Part shown: positions 20,841-29,759 of the stretch, one piece after another
How the letters are laid out: every line of letters starts with the position of its first letter
Position numbering within the stretch: the first letter of the stretch is position 1
NCBI GenBank assembly: GCA_963716255.1
Contig: OY970303.1
Span: 4,416,001 to 4,480,000 of the forward strand
Source of the DNA: an uncultured Gemmatimonadales bacterium
GTDB taxonomy: Bacteria; Gemmatimonadota; Gemmatimonadetes; Longimicrobiales; Longimicrobiaceae
Direction: 5' to 3'
DNA: 64,000 nucleotides
Notes under the pieces: generated by a model
Told to the model about the DNA's origin: nothing
The model's database searches: none
Seen by the model: only the letters and a program-made list of their open reading frames with translations
Position numbers and translations under genes: made by a program

Positions 20841-22329
20841 CGTGCTGGTGGTGGGCGCCGGGATGGGCGGGCTTTCCGCCGCGCTCCACCTGGCCGGCGC
20901 GGGGCTGGAGGTGGAGGTCCTGGAAGCGTCCGACCGCCCCGGCGGCAAGCTGGGGATCGCCGTGGCGGACGGCGTGGAGGTGGACACCGGCCCCAGCGTC
21001 CTCACCCTCCCCGACGCGCTGGACCGCGCCCTCCGCGCCGCCGGCAGCTCCCTGGCCGGCGAGCTCGTTCTCCGCGATCCCTCGCCCGCCTTCCGCTACC
21101 TGTACCCGGACGGCGTCGCGCTGGACGTGCACCCCCGCCCGGAAGACACCCTCGCTTCCGTGGAGCGCACGCTGGGCCCCGCCGCCGCCGCCGAGCTGGG
21201 GGAGTTCCTCGCCTACTCGCGGCGCATCTGGGAGGCCGCCGCGCCGCACTTCGTCCGCGGCCCCGCCCCCTCCGCCGCGTCGCTCGCCGGGCTGGGGCCG
21301 GGCGCCGTCGCCGCGCTGCTCCGCATCGACCCGCTGCGGCGCATGTGGGGCGCCATCCGCCGGCGCGTCCGCTCGCCGCACCTGCGGATGCTGCTCGCCC
21401 GCTACGCCACCTACAACGGCTCCGACCCGCGGCGCGCCCCCGCCACCCTCAACTGCATCGCGCACGTCGAGCTGGCGCTGGGCGGCCACGGCGTACAGGG
21501 CGGCATGTACGAGGTCGCCCGCGCGCTGGTCTGCGCCGCCGAGCGTGCCGGCGTGCGCTTTCGCTACGGCGCCCGCGTGGAAAGCCTGCGCGAGCGGAGC
21601 AGCGGCGGCGGGTGGGACGTCGCGACCGCCGACGGCCGGGTCCACGCCGCCCGCGCCGTGGTCGCCAACGCCGACGCCGCGCACGTCCTCGCCCACCTCC
21701 TTCCCCCCGCGCGGCGCCGCCCCGACCGGGGCGAGCGCTCCATGTCCGGGTGGACCGGCGTGCTGCGCGCCCGCCGCCGCGCCGGCCCGGACGCCCGCGT
21801 CGCCCACACCGTGCTCTTTCCGCGCGTGTACCTGGACGAGTTCGCCGACGTCTTCGACCGGGGGCGCCCCCCCGAGGAGCCCACCGTGTACCTGTGCGCC
21901 CAGGAAGCCTGCCACGGCCGCACCGGCTGGCCCGGGGACGAGCCCGTGTTCGTGATGGCCAACGCGCCGCCCGAGCCCGCGGACCGGCCCCGCGAGGGCG
22001 CCGCCTGGGAGCGGCTGCGCGGGCGCGTCCTCGCCCGGCTGGACGCCGCCGGGCTGCGCGATTCCGGCGACGCGCTCGTCTGGGAGCGCACCCCCGGGGA
22101 GCTCGCCGCCGCCTTCCCGGGGAGCCGCGGGGCCCTGTACGGAGCCGCCTCCAACTCGCCCTTCGCCGCCTTCCGCCGCCCGCCCAACCGGATCCCGGGC
22201 TCCCCCCCGGTGTACCTGGCGTCCGGCAGCGCGCACCCCGGCGGCGGCGTCCCCCTCTGCGTCCTGTCGGGGGAGGCCGCCGCCCGTGCGCTCCTCGGGG
22301 ACCTGGGCCTTCAGCCGGTGCGGAAGTGA
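20833..22329 (+). CDS. CrtI-family desaturase/oxidase (CrtD-like)
   Basis: VLVVGAGMGGL, DTGPSVLT, RYATYNGSDP, GALYG, SGSAHPGGGVP. Confidence 0.85.
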   Translation: MADVLVVGAGMGGLSAALHLAGAGLEVEVLEASDRPGGKLGIAVADGVEVDTGPSVLTLPDALDRALRAAGSSLAGELVLRDPSPAFRYLYPDGVALDVHPRPEDTLASVERTLGPAAAAELGEFLAYSRRIWEAAAPHFVRGPAPSAASLAGLGPGAVAALLRIDPLRRMWGAIRRRVRSPHLRMLLARYATYNGSDPRRAPATLNCIAHVELALGGHGVQGGMYEVARALVCAAERAGVRFRYGARVESLRERSSGGGWDVATADGRVHAARAVVANADAAHVLAHLLPPARRRPDRGERSMSGWTGVLRARRRAGPDARVAHTVLFPRVYLDEFADVFDRGRPPEEPTVYLCAQEACHGRTGWPGDEPVFVMANAPPEPADRPREGAAWERLRGRVLARLDAAGLRDSGDALVWERTPGELAAAFPGSRGALYGAASNSPFAAFRRPPNRIPGSPPVYLASGSAHPGGGVPLCVLSGEAAARALLGDLGLQPVRK

Positions 22330-23114
22330 TCCGAAAACGAGCGAGGACGGCGGCGGGGCTGGGGGCCATGCTCCTCGCCGCGCTCTTCCCCTGGACGCCG
22401 GTGCGCGCGGGCGAGCCTCCGCGCGGCGCCGGCGCGTGGGGCGGCGCGTACGCCATGGAGCTGCGCCTCGCCAGCGCCACGCGCATCCCGCTGCTCGGGA
22501 GCCAGCGCAGCGTCACCACCAGCCTGATGCTCGTGGACGTGGAGCGCGCCCCCGGCGGCGGCTGGACCCAGCGCCACCGCGTCTGCGGCGTGCGCGTCGC
22601 GGGCTCCGCCGGCATGCGCATGACCGTTCCCGACGCCTTCGTGCGCGCGCTCGCCGTCCGCCGCTACCCCGCCGTGCTCGCCGACGGCGCGGGCGGCGTC
22701 CGCTACACCGCCGACATGGGCGTGGAAGCCATCGGCTACGATCCCGCCGCCACCGGGGGCGCGCTCCCCCGCCACGCCGCCGACCCCGGCGTGCGCGACA
22801 GCGACCGCGACGGCTCCCCGGGCGCCACCGTGGAGATCCGCCTTCCCGCCGCGGGCCGGGCGAAGCTGTACATCGTGCAGCGGTCGCACCTGGTGCTGAG
22901 CGGGCGCGAGACGGCGCCGGACCGCATCGAGGGCGGCGTGCAGGTGCTTTTCTCCGAGCAGCAGACGATCGGGGCCGATCCGGCGTTCTTCGCGCGGACG
23001 CCGCGGACCCGGGCGGAGCCGTCGCGGAGCGGGTTCACGCTGGTCAGGGCGCCCGCCGTGCGGAGCTGCGAGGACCTGGAGCGCGAATCGGGGAGGCTGT
23101 TCGGATCGTCCTGA
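22326..23114 (+). CDS. Secreted hypothetical protein, last gene of the crt operon
   Basis: GTGA coupling; signal-peptide-like N-terminus; DSDRDGSPG motif. Confidence 0.65.
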   Translation: MIRKRARTAAGLGAMLLAALFPWTPVRAGEPPRGAGAWGGAYAMELRLASATRIPLLGSQRSVTTSLMLVDVERAPGGGWTQRHRVCGVRVAGSAGMRMTVPDAFVRALAVRRYPAVLADGAGGVRYTADMGVEAIGYDPAATGGALPRHAADPGVRDSDRDGSPGATVEIRLPAAGRAKLYIVQRSHLVLSGRETAPDRIEGGVQVLFSEQQTIGADPAFFARTPRTRAEPSRSGFTLVRAPAVRSCEDLERESGRLFGSS

Positions 23115-23136
23115 GTTCATCCGCTTCGGCTGGTTT

Positions 23137-23300
23137 TGGCGGGCCGCTCCGGAGCCAGGCCAAACAGCCGGCCTGTCTCCTGCGCGGGCTCCGGGAGCCC
23201 CGGAAACAACCCCGGGTCTCCCTCCGCCGGGGTGAGCCTCGCACAGCGCCTTTGAACTGCGGCGCCGGCGAGTCTCCCCCCGAACAGATTCTGGGGGGTA
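23137..23300 (-). repeat. Structured intergenic repeat family 2, copy A
   Basis: Three GAGAC-stem-loop-stem-GGCTC units on the minus strand ending CCGGAGCGGCCCGCCA; homologous to 29524, 35890 and 54721. Confidence 0.85.
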
Positions 23301-23365
23301 CTGCGGAACCGCAACGACAACGGCGGAACGGCACCCCGTTCAGGGCCGTTCCGCCGTTGCTGTTC

Positions 23366-23467
23366 TCCCCTCTCCCGCTTGCGGGGGAGGGGCCGGGGGA
23401 GGGGGCCGAGCCTCAAGCGAGCCGGGTGGGGGCCGCCGTGGCAGGCTGTTCCCTGTTCCCTGTCCCC
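23366..23467. repeat. REP-like family 3 copy plus (CTGTTCC)n heptamer repeat
   Basis: TCCCCTCTCCCGCTTGCGGGGGAGGGG shared with 6476-6503; GAGCCTCAAGCGAGCCGGGTGGGG; CTGTTCCCTGTTCCCTGTCCC. Confidence 0.75.
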
Positions 23468-24367
23468 TCACAGGCTCGCCCACATGTCCTTCCTCAGGGC
23501 CTGCTTGAACTCGGCGACCTTTGCCCACGGGTCGGGCCCGGTCCTCACCAGCTCCGGCACCGTGCGCACCGTGAACCGGTCCGGCGTGGTGTCGGCGCCC
23601 AGCTCGTCCCAGGCGAGCGGAAAGGACACCGGCGCCCCGGCCCGCGAGCGGGTGGAGTACGGCGCCACCGCGCTGGCGCTCCACGAATTTCGCACGTAGT
23701 CCACGTAGATCCTGCCCTCGCGCTCCTCCTTGGAGGCGCGGGTCAGGTACCGGTCCGGGGCGTCGCGCACCATCGCCTCCGCCAGCTTCAGCGAGAAATC
23801 GCGCACTTCCTCCCACGTGGGGTGGCGCCGGATCGGCGCCACCACGTGCAGCCCCTTGCCCCCCGTGGTCTTTACCCAGCTCTTCAGCCCCGCCGACGCC
23901 AGGCGGTCGCGCACCTCCCTTGCACCCTCCACCACCTCCGCCCACCCGACCCCCGGCGCGGGGTCCAGGTCCAGGATCAACCGGTCGGGACGGTCCAGGC
24001 GGTCGCGGCGGGCGCCCCACACGTGCACCTCCAGCACCCCGATCTGCACCAGCGACACCAGCGCGGCCAGCGTGTTCGCCACCAGGTAGGTCTCGTCCTC
24101 GCCCTCCACCGGCACCGTCACGCGGCCCAGCTCCGCGGGCGTCCCCTTCGCCGCCCGCCGCTGGTAGAAGCACTCCGTCGCCTGGCCGGCCGGGCAGCGC
24201 ACCAGCGTAAGCGGCCGGCCGCGCACGTGCGGGAGCATCCGCTCCGCCACCGCGCCGTAGTAGTCCGCCAGCTCCCGCTTGGTGATCCCCTGCCCGGGGA
24301 AGAGCACCCGGTCCGGGTGCGTCAGCCGCACCCCCGCAGCCGTGATCGCATCGTCGTCGCGCGCCAT
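23468..24367 (-). CDS. ligD: LigD polymerase (primase-like) domain protein, NHEJ
   Basis: LTHPDRVLFP, RPLTLVRCP, PDRLILDLDP, KTTGGKGLHV, GRIYVDYVRN, APYSTR; polymerase domain only. Confidence 0.92.
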   Translation of the reverse strand: MARDDDAITAAGVRLTHPDRVLFPGQGITKRELADYYGAVAERMLPHVRGRPLTLVRCPAGQATECFYQRRAAKGTPAELGRVTVPVEGEDETYLVANTLAALVSLVQIGVLEVHVWGARRDRLDRPDRLILDLDPAPGVGWAEVVEGAREVRDRLASAGLKSWVKTTGGKGLHVVAPIRRHPTWEEVRDFSLKLAEAMVRDAPDRYLTRASKEEREGRIYVDYVRNSWSASAVAPYSTRSRAGAPVSFPLAWDELGADTTPDRFTVRTVPELVRTGPDPWAKVAEFKQALRKDMWASL

Positions 24368-24778
24368 GCCGCCCCCGCCGAGAAGGTGGAACCATGCCCC
24401 GCCACTCCTCCGGGCAAGAAGCGTTCTACAGAGCCTCCCGGGCCGCGCCCCGTCCGCGCGGTCGCCGCGGCGACGGAATCACCGATTCCGTCTGTCCCGC
24501 GCGGTACGCCGGGGGTGGCCCGTCCGCGGCCATTTCCGTCTCCACGCGGCTCCCCGGCAGCGGCGTGTAAGGCGCCCGTCCCACGTGATGAAAACCCTTG
24601 CGGCGAGGGGGTCTTTCGGTGAACTTTCGGGTGTGGCGAGTGTACCATGGAGAGGGCGCTCCGGGATCCCTGCGGAGCGCGCCGAACGAGGCAGCGGGCG
24701 GGGGCCCAAAGGCGGGGAATTGCCGCCTTCGCCGGGCTCCGCCGCACGGGGGCAACGTCGCAGCGAGGCGAGCGAACC

Positions 24779-25330
24779 ATGGCAGAGCAGGAACAGGCGG
24801 CCCACGTGGCCGCCGACGAGCGGGTGGGGGAGTTCTACCGCGACCACCCGGACGGCTCCATCCGCACCTTCGCGGTGAAGCTGGAAGGGCCCGAGGTGGT
24901 GTTCGAGGCGCGGGTGTACCGCACCCCCGAGGAGGCCGCCATGGGCATCTACACCTCCGGGTGGGCCCGCGAGGTGGAGGGCAAGGCGGCAGGCGGGCGC
25001 TCCGGCCACCTGGAGCGGTGCGAGTCCGGCGCCATCGCGCGGGCGCTCGCCAACCTGGGCTACACCGCCGCCGGGAGACCCGCCCGCGCCGAGCCGCTGC
25101 GCGTCGCCCGGCCGCGCGACGAGCACGAGGCGCTGCTGGAGTTCATCCGGACCGTGGGGCCGCGCGTGGGCGAGGAGGCCGCCATCGACATCGAGGGGAG
25201 GCCCCGCAACCTGCGGCAGTACGTCCGGGAAAACTGGCCGGCCATGAAGGAGCGGCCCGCGCTGGCGCGCGAAGTGGTGGAAGCGGTGGAGCGGGCGACC
25301 GGGACGCCGTTCCGGCGCGAGGCGGCGTAG
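24779..25330 (+). CDS. Putative single-strand-annealing-like protein sharing a C-terminal domain with the next gene
   Basis: LERCESGAIARALANLGY resembles the E-x-x-E-T-S-A-x-G-R-A-L motif of phage SSAPs; last 69 aa homologous to the downstream gene. Confidence 0.65.
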   Translation: MAEQEQAAHVAADERVGEFYRDHPDGSIRTFAVKLEGPEVVFEARVYRTPEEAAMGIYTSGWAREVEGKAAGGRSGHLERCESGAIARALANLGYTAAGRPARAEPLRVARPRDEHEALLEFIRTVGPRVGEEAAIDIEGRPRNLRQYVRENWPAMKERPALAREVVEAVERATGTPFRREAA

Positions 25331-25393
25331 GTGTCGGGCGGTGCGGACGCGGAGCGGGGCATCCGGGACAGCGAGAGCGAGGAGCAGAGAGAG

Positions 25394-26131
25394 ATGAGCG
25401 AGATCGACTTCCGGGGTCTGCAGGACTTCTTCGCCGTCGACGAGATCGAGTGGCGGCTCCAGCAGGCCGGGGAAAAGAACGGCAAAGTGTGGGCGGTCTG
25501 CGTCCCCTACGTCACCAACCGCGCCATCCAGCAGCGCCTGGACGACACGGTGGGGCCCGGGCAGTGGCGCAACGAGTTCAGGGCTGGCCCCGGCGGCGGG
25601 GTGCTGTGCGGCATCTCCATCAAGGTGGACGGCGAGTGGGTCACCAAGTGGGACGGCGCCGAGAACACCGACATCGAGGAGGTCAAGGGCGGCCTCTCCG
25701 GCGCCATGAAGCGCGCCGCCGTGCAGTGGGGGATCGGGCGCTACCTGTACCGGCTGGACGAGTCCTTCGGGAGCGTGCACGAGAGCGGCAGGCTCCGCGG
25801 CAAGACCAGGGACGGCAAGCCGTTCAAGTGGGACCCGCCGCAGCTCCCCGCCTGGGCCCTCCCCCGGCGGGCCGCCTCCGCCGGGAAGAAGAAGGAGGCC
25901 AGCCTGTCGCGCATGCGGCAGGAGCACGAGGCCATGCTGGAGTTCGTCAAGTCCGTGGGCCCGCGCGTGGAAGACCAGCGCGAGGTGGACATCGACGGAA
26001 GGCGGCAGAACCTCAAGACCTTCATCCGCGAGAACTGGGTGGGCATGAAGGAGCAGGTCCGGCTCACCCGCGCCGTGGTGGCGGCGCTGGAGGAGGCCAC
26101 CGGCGTGCACTTCGAGCGCGAGGCCGCGTAG
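25394..26131 (+). CDS. Rad52/Rad22 family (Sak/DdrA-like) DNA annealing protein
   Basis: IEWR, PYVTNRAIQQRLDD, WRNEF, VLCGISI, KWDGA, KGGLSGAMKRAAVQWGIGRYLY. Confidence 0.9.
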   Translation: MSEIDFRGLQDFFAVDEIEWRLQQAGEKNGKVWAVCVPYVTNRAIQQRLDDTVGPGQWRNEFRAGPGGGVLCGISIKVDGEWVTKWDGAENTDIEEVKGGLSGAMKRAAVQWGIGRYLYRLDESFGSVHESGRLRGKTRDGKPFKWDPPQLPAWALPRRAASAGKKKEASLSRMRQEHEAMLEFVKSVGPRVEDQREVDIDGRRQNLKTFIRENWVGMKEQVRLTRAVVAALEEATGVHFEREAA

Positions 26132-26198
26132 CGCCGTTTTTCCCGCCGTGGCGGGGGAAAACGCGCGAAGGCGGGTGCCGCGGCACCCGCCTTTTCGC
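26131..26198 (+). terminator. Tandem hairpins, probable terminator
   Basis: CGTTTTTCCCGCC-GT-GGCGGGGAAAACG and AAGGCGGGTGCC-GC-GGCACCCGCCTTTT. Confidence 0.55.
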
Positions 26199-26310
26199 CT
26201 GCGCGACGATCAAACTATGGATTGCTGGTTGCTTTGCGTATAAAATAGCTGTAGAAATACTTTGCGCGGGTCCGGCCCCCCGCCGCGAAGACGTCCCCTA
26301 GGAGCACACG

Positions 26311-27609
26311 ATGAAGCGTTCCCAGCGCGAAGCCGCCGCACGCGGCTCCACCCACCTCCTCCGCCTCTCCCTCCCGGCTGTACGTTCGAACGAATTCTTC
26401 GAGGGCGCGGACATCCTCGCCGAGGCGGCCGCGGTCCCCGCGATCCTCCTCTGCCAGGTGTACCGCGGGGTGATGGCCTGGGCCCTCACCCCGGCCGCCG
26501 AGCACGAAGGCCTCTTCCCTTCCGGCGCCGGCGGCGAGGCGCGGCGCCTGGTGAAGGAGAGCACCGTTCCGAGGGAGGTCCGTCCCGCCATGGAAGGGAT
26601 CTGCGGGCTGCTCGACGATCCCGTGGGGGGAGATCCCCAGGCGATCGCCGAGGCCTGCATGCGCATCGGAGAGTGGGCGGACACCCGGGGCGATGCTCCG
26701 GCCACCGCCCTCCGCTTCATGCAGGCGGCCGCGACCTGCTCGCCCAACGATCCCCGGCTGGCGTACCGGGCGGGCTACGTCGCCCGCCGGCGCGCGAGCT
26801 GGGACATCGCCGAGATGTGGTTCCGCCACTCCAGCACGGTCGGACGCCGCAACCGCGACTGGGACGCGCACGCGACGGCGTACCTGGCCCTCGGCAACAA
26901 CTACTACCACCAGGGCAGGTATGCCCTCGCGAAGCGCGAGCACGCCAAGGCGCTGCGCGTGAGCAGACGCCACGGTCTCCAGGAGATCCAGGGGCGGGCC
27001 TACCACGACCTGCTCGCGATGGCGATCCTCACCGGCGACACGGGCGGCGCGGAGATCAACGCCCGCAAGGCGTTCCGCGCCTACGGGCCGCGCCATGCCA
27101 ACATCCCCACCCTCGCCCACGACACCGCCTACTTCTGGCACGAGCACGGCCACTTCGGGCGAGCGCTGCGCGTCTTCCGGGCGCTGCTGCCGCACTTCAC
27201 CCGGGCGGACAGAAGGATCCTCGTGCTGGGAAGCATCGGGCGCGGAGCCGGCGAGTGCGGCCTGAGGGACGTTTTCGAGGAAGCCTGGAGCGAAGTCTGG
27301 CAGCTTGCCGGGCAGCTCGGTGACGCGGTGACCACCGTTCCCCCCGCGATGCTCCACCTGGCGCAGGGGGCCCTGCGGCTGGGAGAGTGGACCCGTGCCG
27401 AGAGCGCGATTCGCCACGCGCACGCCGTCGCCAGTCAGCGGGGCGAGACCGACGTGCTCAGCGAGGCGGAGCGACTCCTGGAGGCGACCCTCGCGCAGGC
27501 GGCTTCGGCGCCCGTCCAGCCGGTCTCGTCGGGGACCGCCGCCGCCGAGTCCGAAGCGCTGGCCGACGACTTCGTCACCTCCCTGGTCGCCCTGGCCGGC
27601 AGCCGGTAG
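26311..27609 (+). CDS. Tetratricopeptide repeat protein
   Basis: 432 aa; helical repeats such as AYLALGNNYYHQGRYALAKREHAKAL, AYHDL, AMLHLAQGALRLGEWTRAE; AGGAG RBS. Confidence 0.85.
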   Translation: MKRSQREAAARGSTHLLRLSLPAVRSNEFFEGADILAEAAAVPAILLCQVYRGVMAWALTPAAEHEGLFPSGAGGEARRLVKESTVPREVRPAMEGICGLLDDPVGGDPQAIAEACMRIGEWADTRGDAPATALRFMQAAATCSPNDPRLAYRAGYVARRRASWDIAEMWFRHSSTVGRRNRDWDAHATAYLALGNNYYHQGRYALAKREHAKALRVSRRHGLQEIQGRAYHDLLAMAILTGDTGGAEINARKAFRAYGPRHANIPTLAHDTAYFWHEHGHFGRALRVFRALLPHFTRADRRILVLGSIGRGAGECGLRDVFEEAWSEVWQLAGQLGDAVTTVPPAMLHLAQGALRLGEWTRAESAIRHAHAVASQRGETDVLSEAERLLEATLAQAASAPVQPVSSGTAAAESEALADDFVTSLVALAGSR

Positions 27610-27679
27610 CCGGATGGCGGCCGGTCGTCTCGCCCGGGCGGACCGTGCGTGAGAGCACGGTCCCCGGAGTCCACCGGGA

Positions 27680-27865
27680 TCAGGTGCCCGAGCCGAAGAC
27701 GCCTCCGCTGTAATGCAGGCCGGACGTGTCCGGAGGCGTGGTGGAGCCGTCGAACCGGGGCGTGGCGGCCGATGCGGTGTGCTCCGGCTCCGTGATCGCC
27801 GCTCCGCTGCACGCCGCGGAAACACCAACGAAAGCGAGCAGCAGGACCAGGCGTACAATTTTCAT
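27680..27865 (-). CDS. Small lipoprotein/propeptide (61 aa) ending GGVFGSGT
   Basis: MKIVRLVLLLAFVGVSAAC lipobox signal, low-complexity linker, Gly-rich tail; AAGGA RBS. Confidence 0.75.
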   Translation of the reverse strand: MKIVRLVLLLAFVGVSAACSGAAITEPEHTASAATPRFDGSTTPPDTSGLHYSGGVFGSGT

Positions 27866-27988
27866 TGTAAATCCTTGGGAGAGAAATGGTTCTGTGTATG
27901 ACTGCGGTTTGGACGAGCGCTAAAGTGGACGCCGGCCACTCCGCTGTCAACTGATGTCCGTAAAATGTACGTGTAGATAACGCCCCGC

Positions 27989-28840
27989 ATGCGCACAGGC
28001 AGTCGTCCCCTTCTCCTGCTGCATCCCGAGAGCGCCTTCCGGAACCGGCTCATCCAGGCGGGATCTTCCTTTGCCTGCTGGTCCGTCTCCGAGTGGGAGC
28101 CGCTCCGCGAGGCCATGCGAGACGCCCCGCCGACGGTGGTGGTGGTGGTCGACCCGTATTTCGGAGGAACGGACGGGGAGTTCGCTCCACAGCTGGGCGC
28201 CGTGCTCAAGGACTTCCCCTGGGCGAGCGTCGTCGCCGGGCTGAAGCCCCGGCGCGGCGGGGAAGAGGACGTGCAGGCGCTGGGAAGGCTGGGGATCTCC
28301 GAGATCATCCTCATCGGCACCGAGGACACCCCGCAGGCCATCCGGCGCATCCTGCGCCAGGCCCAGGGGCGCTTCCTCAAGTCGCTCCTGCGGCGGATCC
28401 TCCCGTCCCACCTGGGCGGCCGGGGGCGCATCATCCTCATGGCCTCCGCCGAGGCGATCTCCGCGGGCGGGCACACCCCTGACCTGGCGCGGGCGCTGTC
28501 GGTGGCCACCAAGACGCTGGCGCGGTGGTGCGAACGGTCGTACCTGCCGCCTCCCCGGCGCCTCCTCGCGTGGGTCCGGGTCCTCCTCGCCTCCGAGCTC
28601 CTGGACGACCCCTCGCGGACGGTGTCCAGCGTCGCGCGCGCCTGCGGCTACACCTCCGACACGGCGCTGCGGCGGGCCCTGCTGGATTTCCTGGGAATGG
28701 GGCCCACGGAGCTGCGCGCCGCGGGAGCGTTCGGGGTGGCGTCGCGGGCGTTCCTGGCGGAGCTGCACGTGCTGCGGGAAAAGGGGCGGGCGCGGAAGCG
28801 GCGCGGCCGGGTCCGCGCCGACCTGGTCCGCCCGGGGTGA
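27989..28840 (+). CDS. AraC-type HTH regulator with receiver-like N-terminal domain
   Basis: LARALSVATKTLARW...PPPRRLLAWVR...TVSSVARACGYTSDTALRR; N-terminal VVVVDP. Confidence 0.82.
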   Translation: MRTGSRPLLLLHPESAFRNRLIQAGSSFACWSVSEWEPLREAMRDAPPTVVVVVDPYFGGTDGEFAPQLGAVLKDFPWASVVAGLKPRRGGEEDVQALGRLGISEIILIGTEDTPQAIRRILRQAQGRFLKSLLRRILPSHLGGRGRIILMASAEAISAGGHTPDLARALSVATKTLARWCERSYLPPPRRLLAWVRVLLASELLDDPSRTVSSVARACGYTSDTALRRALLDFLGMGPTELRAAGAFGVASRAFLAELHVLREKGRARKRRGRVRADLVRPG

Positions 28841-28963
28841 GGCGGAGGGCGCCGCGGGAGCGGCGCCCGGCGGTGGAGCGCGGCGGGCGGGCAGCGGCGT
28901 GGAGCCGCTGCCCGCCCGTTCGCGCTTCCGCGCGCGAGGGAAGCTTTCCCGGGCGCTCCCGGC

Positions 28964-29428
28964 TCAGGCCGGCCCGCCCCGCCCGAGCGCGAGTATGGCG
29001 TCGAACTCCTCCGGGGAGACCGGCTGCACCGAGAGCCGGCTCTTGTTCACCAGCGGCATCGTGGCCAGCCCGGGCGCGGCACGGATCGCATCCAGCGGCA
29101 CCACCCGCGGGAACGCCTCCACGAACTCCACGTCCACCATGTACCAGCGCGGGTCGTCCGGGCCCGCCTTGGGGTCGAAGTACGGGCTCGCCGGGTCCAG
29201 CGCGGTGTGGTCGGGGTAGGCCTCGCGGGACACCCGCGCGATCCCGGCCACCCCCAGCGGCTCCGTGTTGCTGTGGTAGAACAGGACCGGGTCGCCGGTG
29301 CGCATGTCGTCGCGCATGAAGTTGCGTGCCTGGTAGTTCCGCACCCCGTCCCAGAAGGTCGTCCCGTCCCGGCGCAGGTCGTGGATGGAGTAGGAGTCGG
29401 GCTCGCTCTTGAACAGCCAGTGGCGCAT
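28964..29428 (-). CDS. EVE domain protein (THYN1-like)
   Basis: WLFKSEP, WDGVRNYQARN, FYHS, SRLSVQPV. Confidence 0.95.
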   Translation of the reverse strand: MRHWLFKSEPDSYSIHDLRRDGTTFWDGVRNYQARNFMRDDMRTGDPVLFYHSNTEPLGVAGIARVSREAYPDHTALDPASPYFDPKAGPDDPRWYMVDVEFVEAFPRVVPLDAIRAAPGLATMPLVNKSRLSVQPVSPEEFDAILALGRGGPA

Positions 29429-29523
29429 CGTTCGTCGGGTCTCGTTTCAGGGGTTCGATCAAGATTTCGTGGACATGATGGGGGTGGGAACGCCTGGCTG
29501 CAAGCGGCGGGGGTGGGGTGTCG

Positions 29524-29673
29524 TGGCGGGCCGCTCCGGAGCCCGGCGGTACTGCTGCCGGTCTCCTCCGCGGGCTGCGGGAGCCCCGCCAAACTGCCGG
29601 CGGGTCTCCCTGCGCCGGAGGGAGCCAGCCGAAACTGCCCGGCTGTCTCCCTCCGAACAGATTCATATGGGTA
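29524..29673 (-). repeat. Structured intergenic repeat family 2, copy B
   Basis: Homologous to copies A, C, D; flanked by a hairpin (about 29687-29730) shared with copy D and by 8-bp (GCACTTTC)-like repeats at 29730-29760. Confidence 0.88.
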
Positions 29674-29759
29674 CCACATGAACGGCGGACGGCGCCCCGG
29701 CCGGGAGATCCCGGTGGGGGCGCCGTTCCGCACTTTCGCACTCTCGCGCTTCCGTACTC

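Noticed and set aside
24368..24778. SOS/RDRM-like operator in the ligD-annealase divergent region
   Set aside because: No convincing palindrome found by eye
24779..26131. Prophage remnant around the Rad52-like genes
   Set aside because: No integrase, structural or replication phage genes nearby; codon usage is host-like
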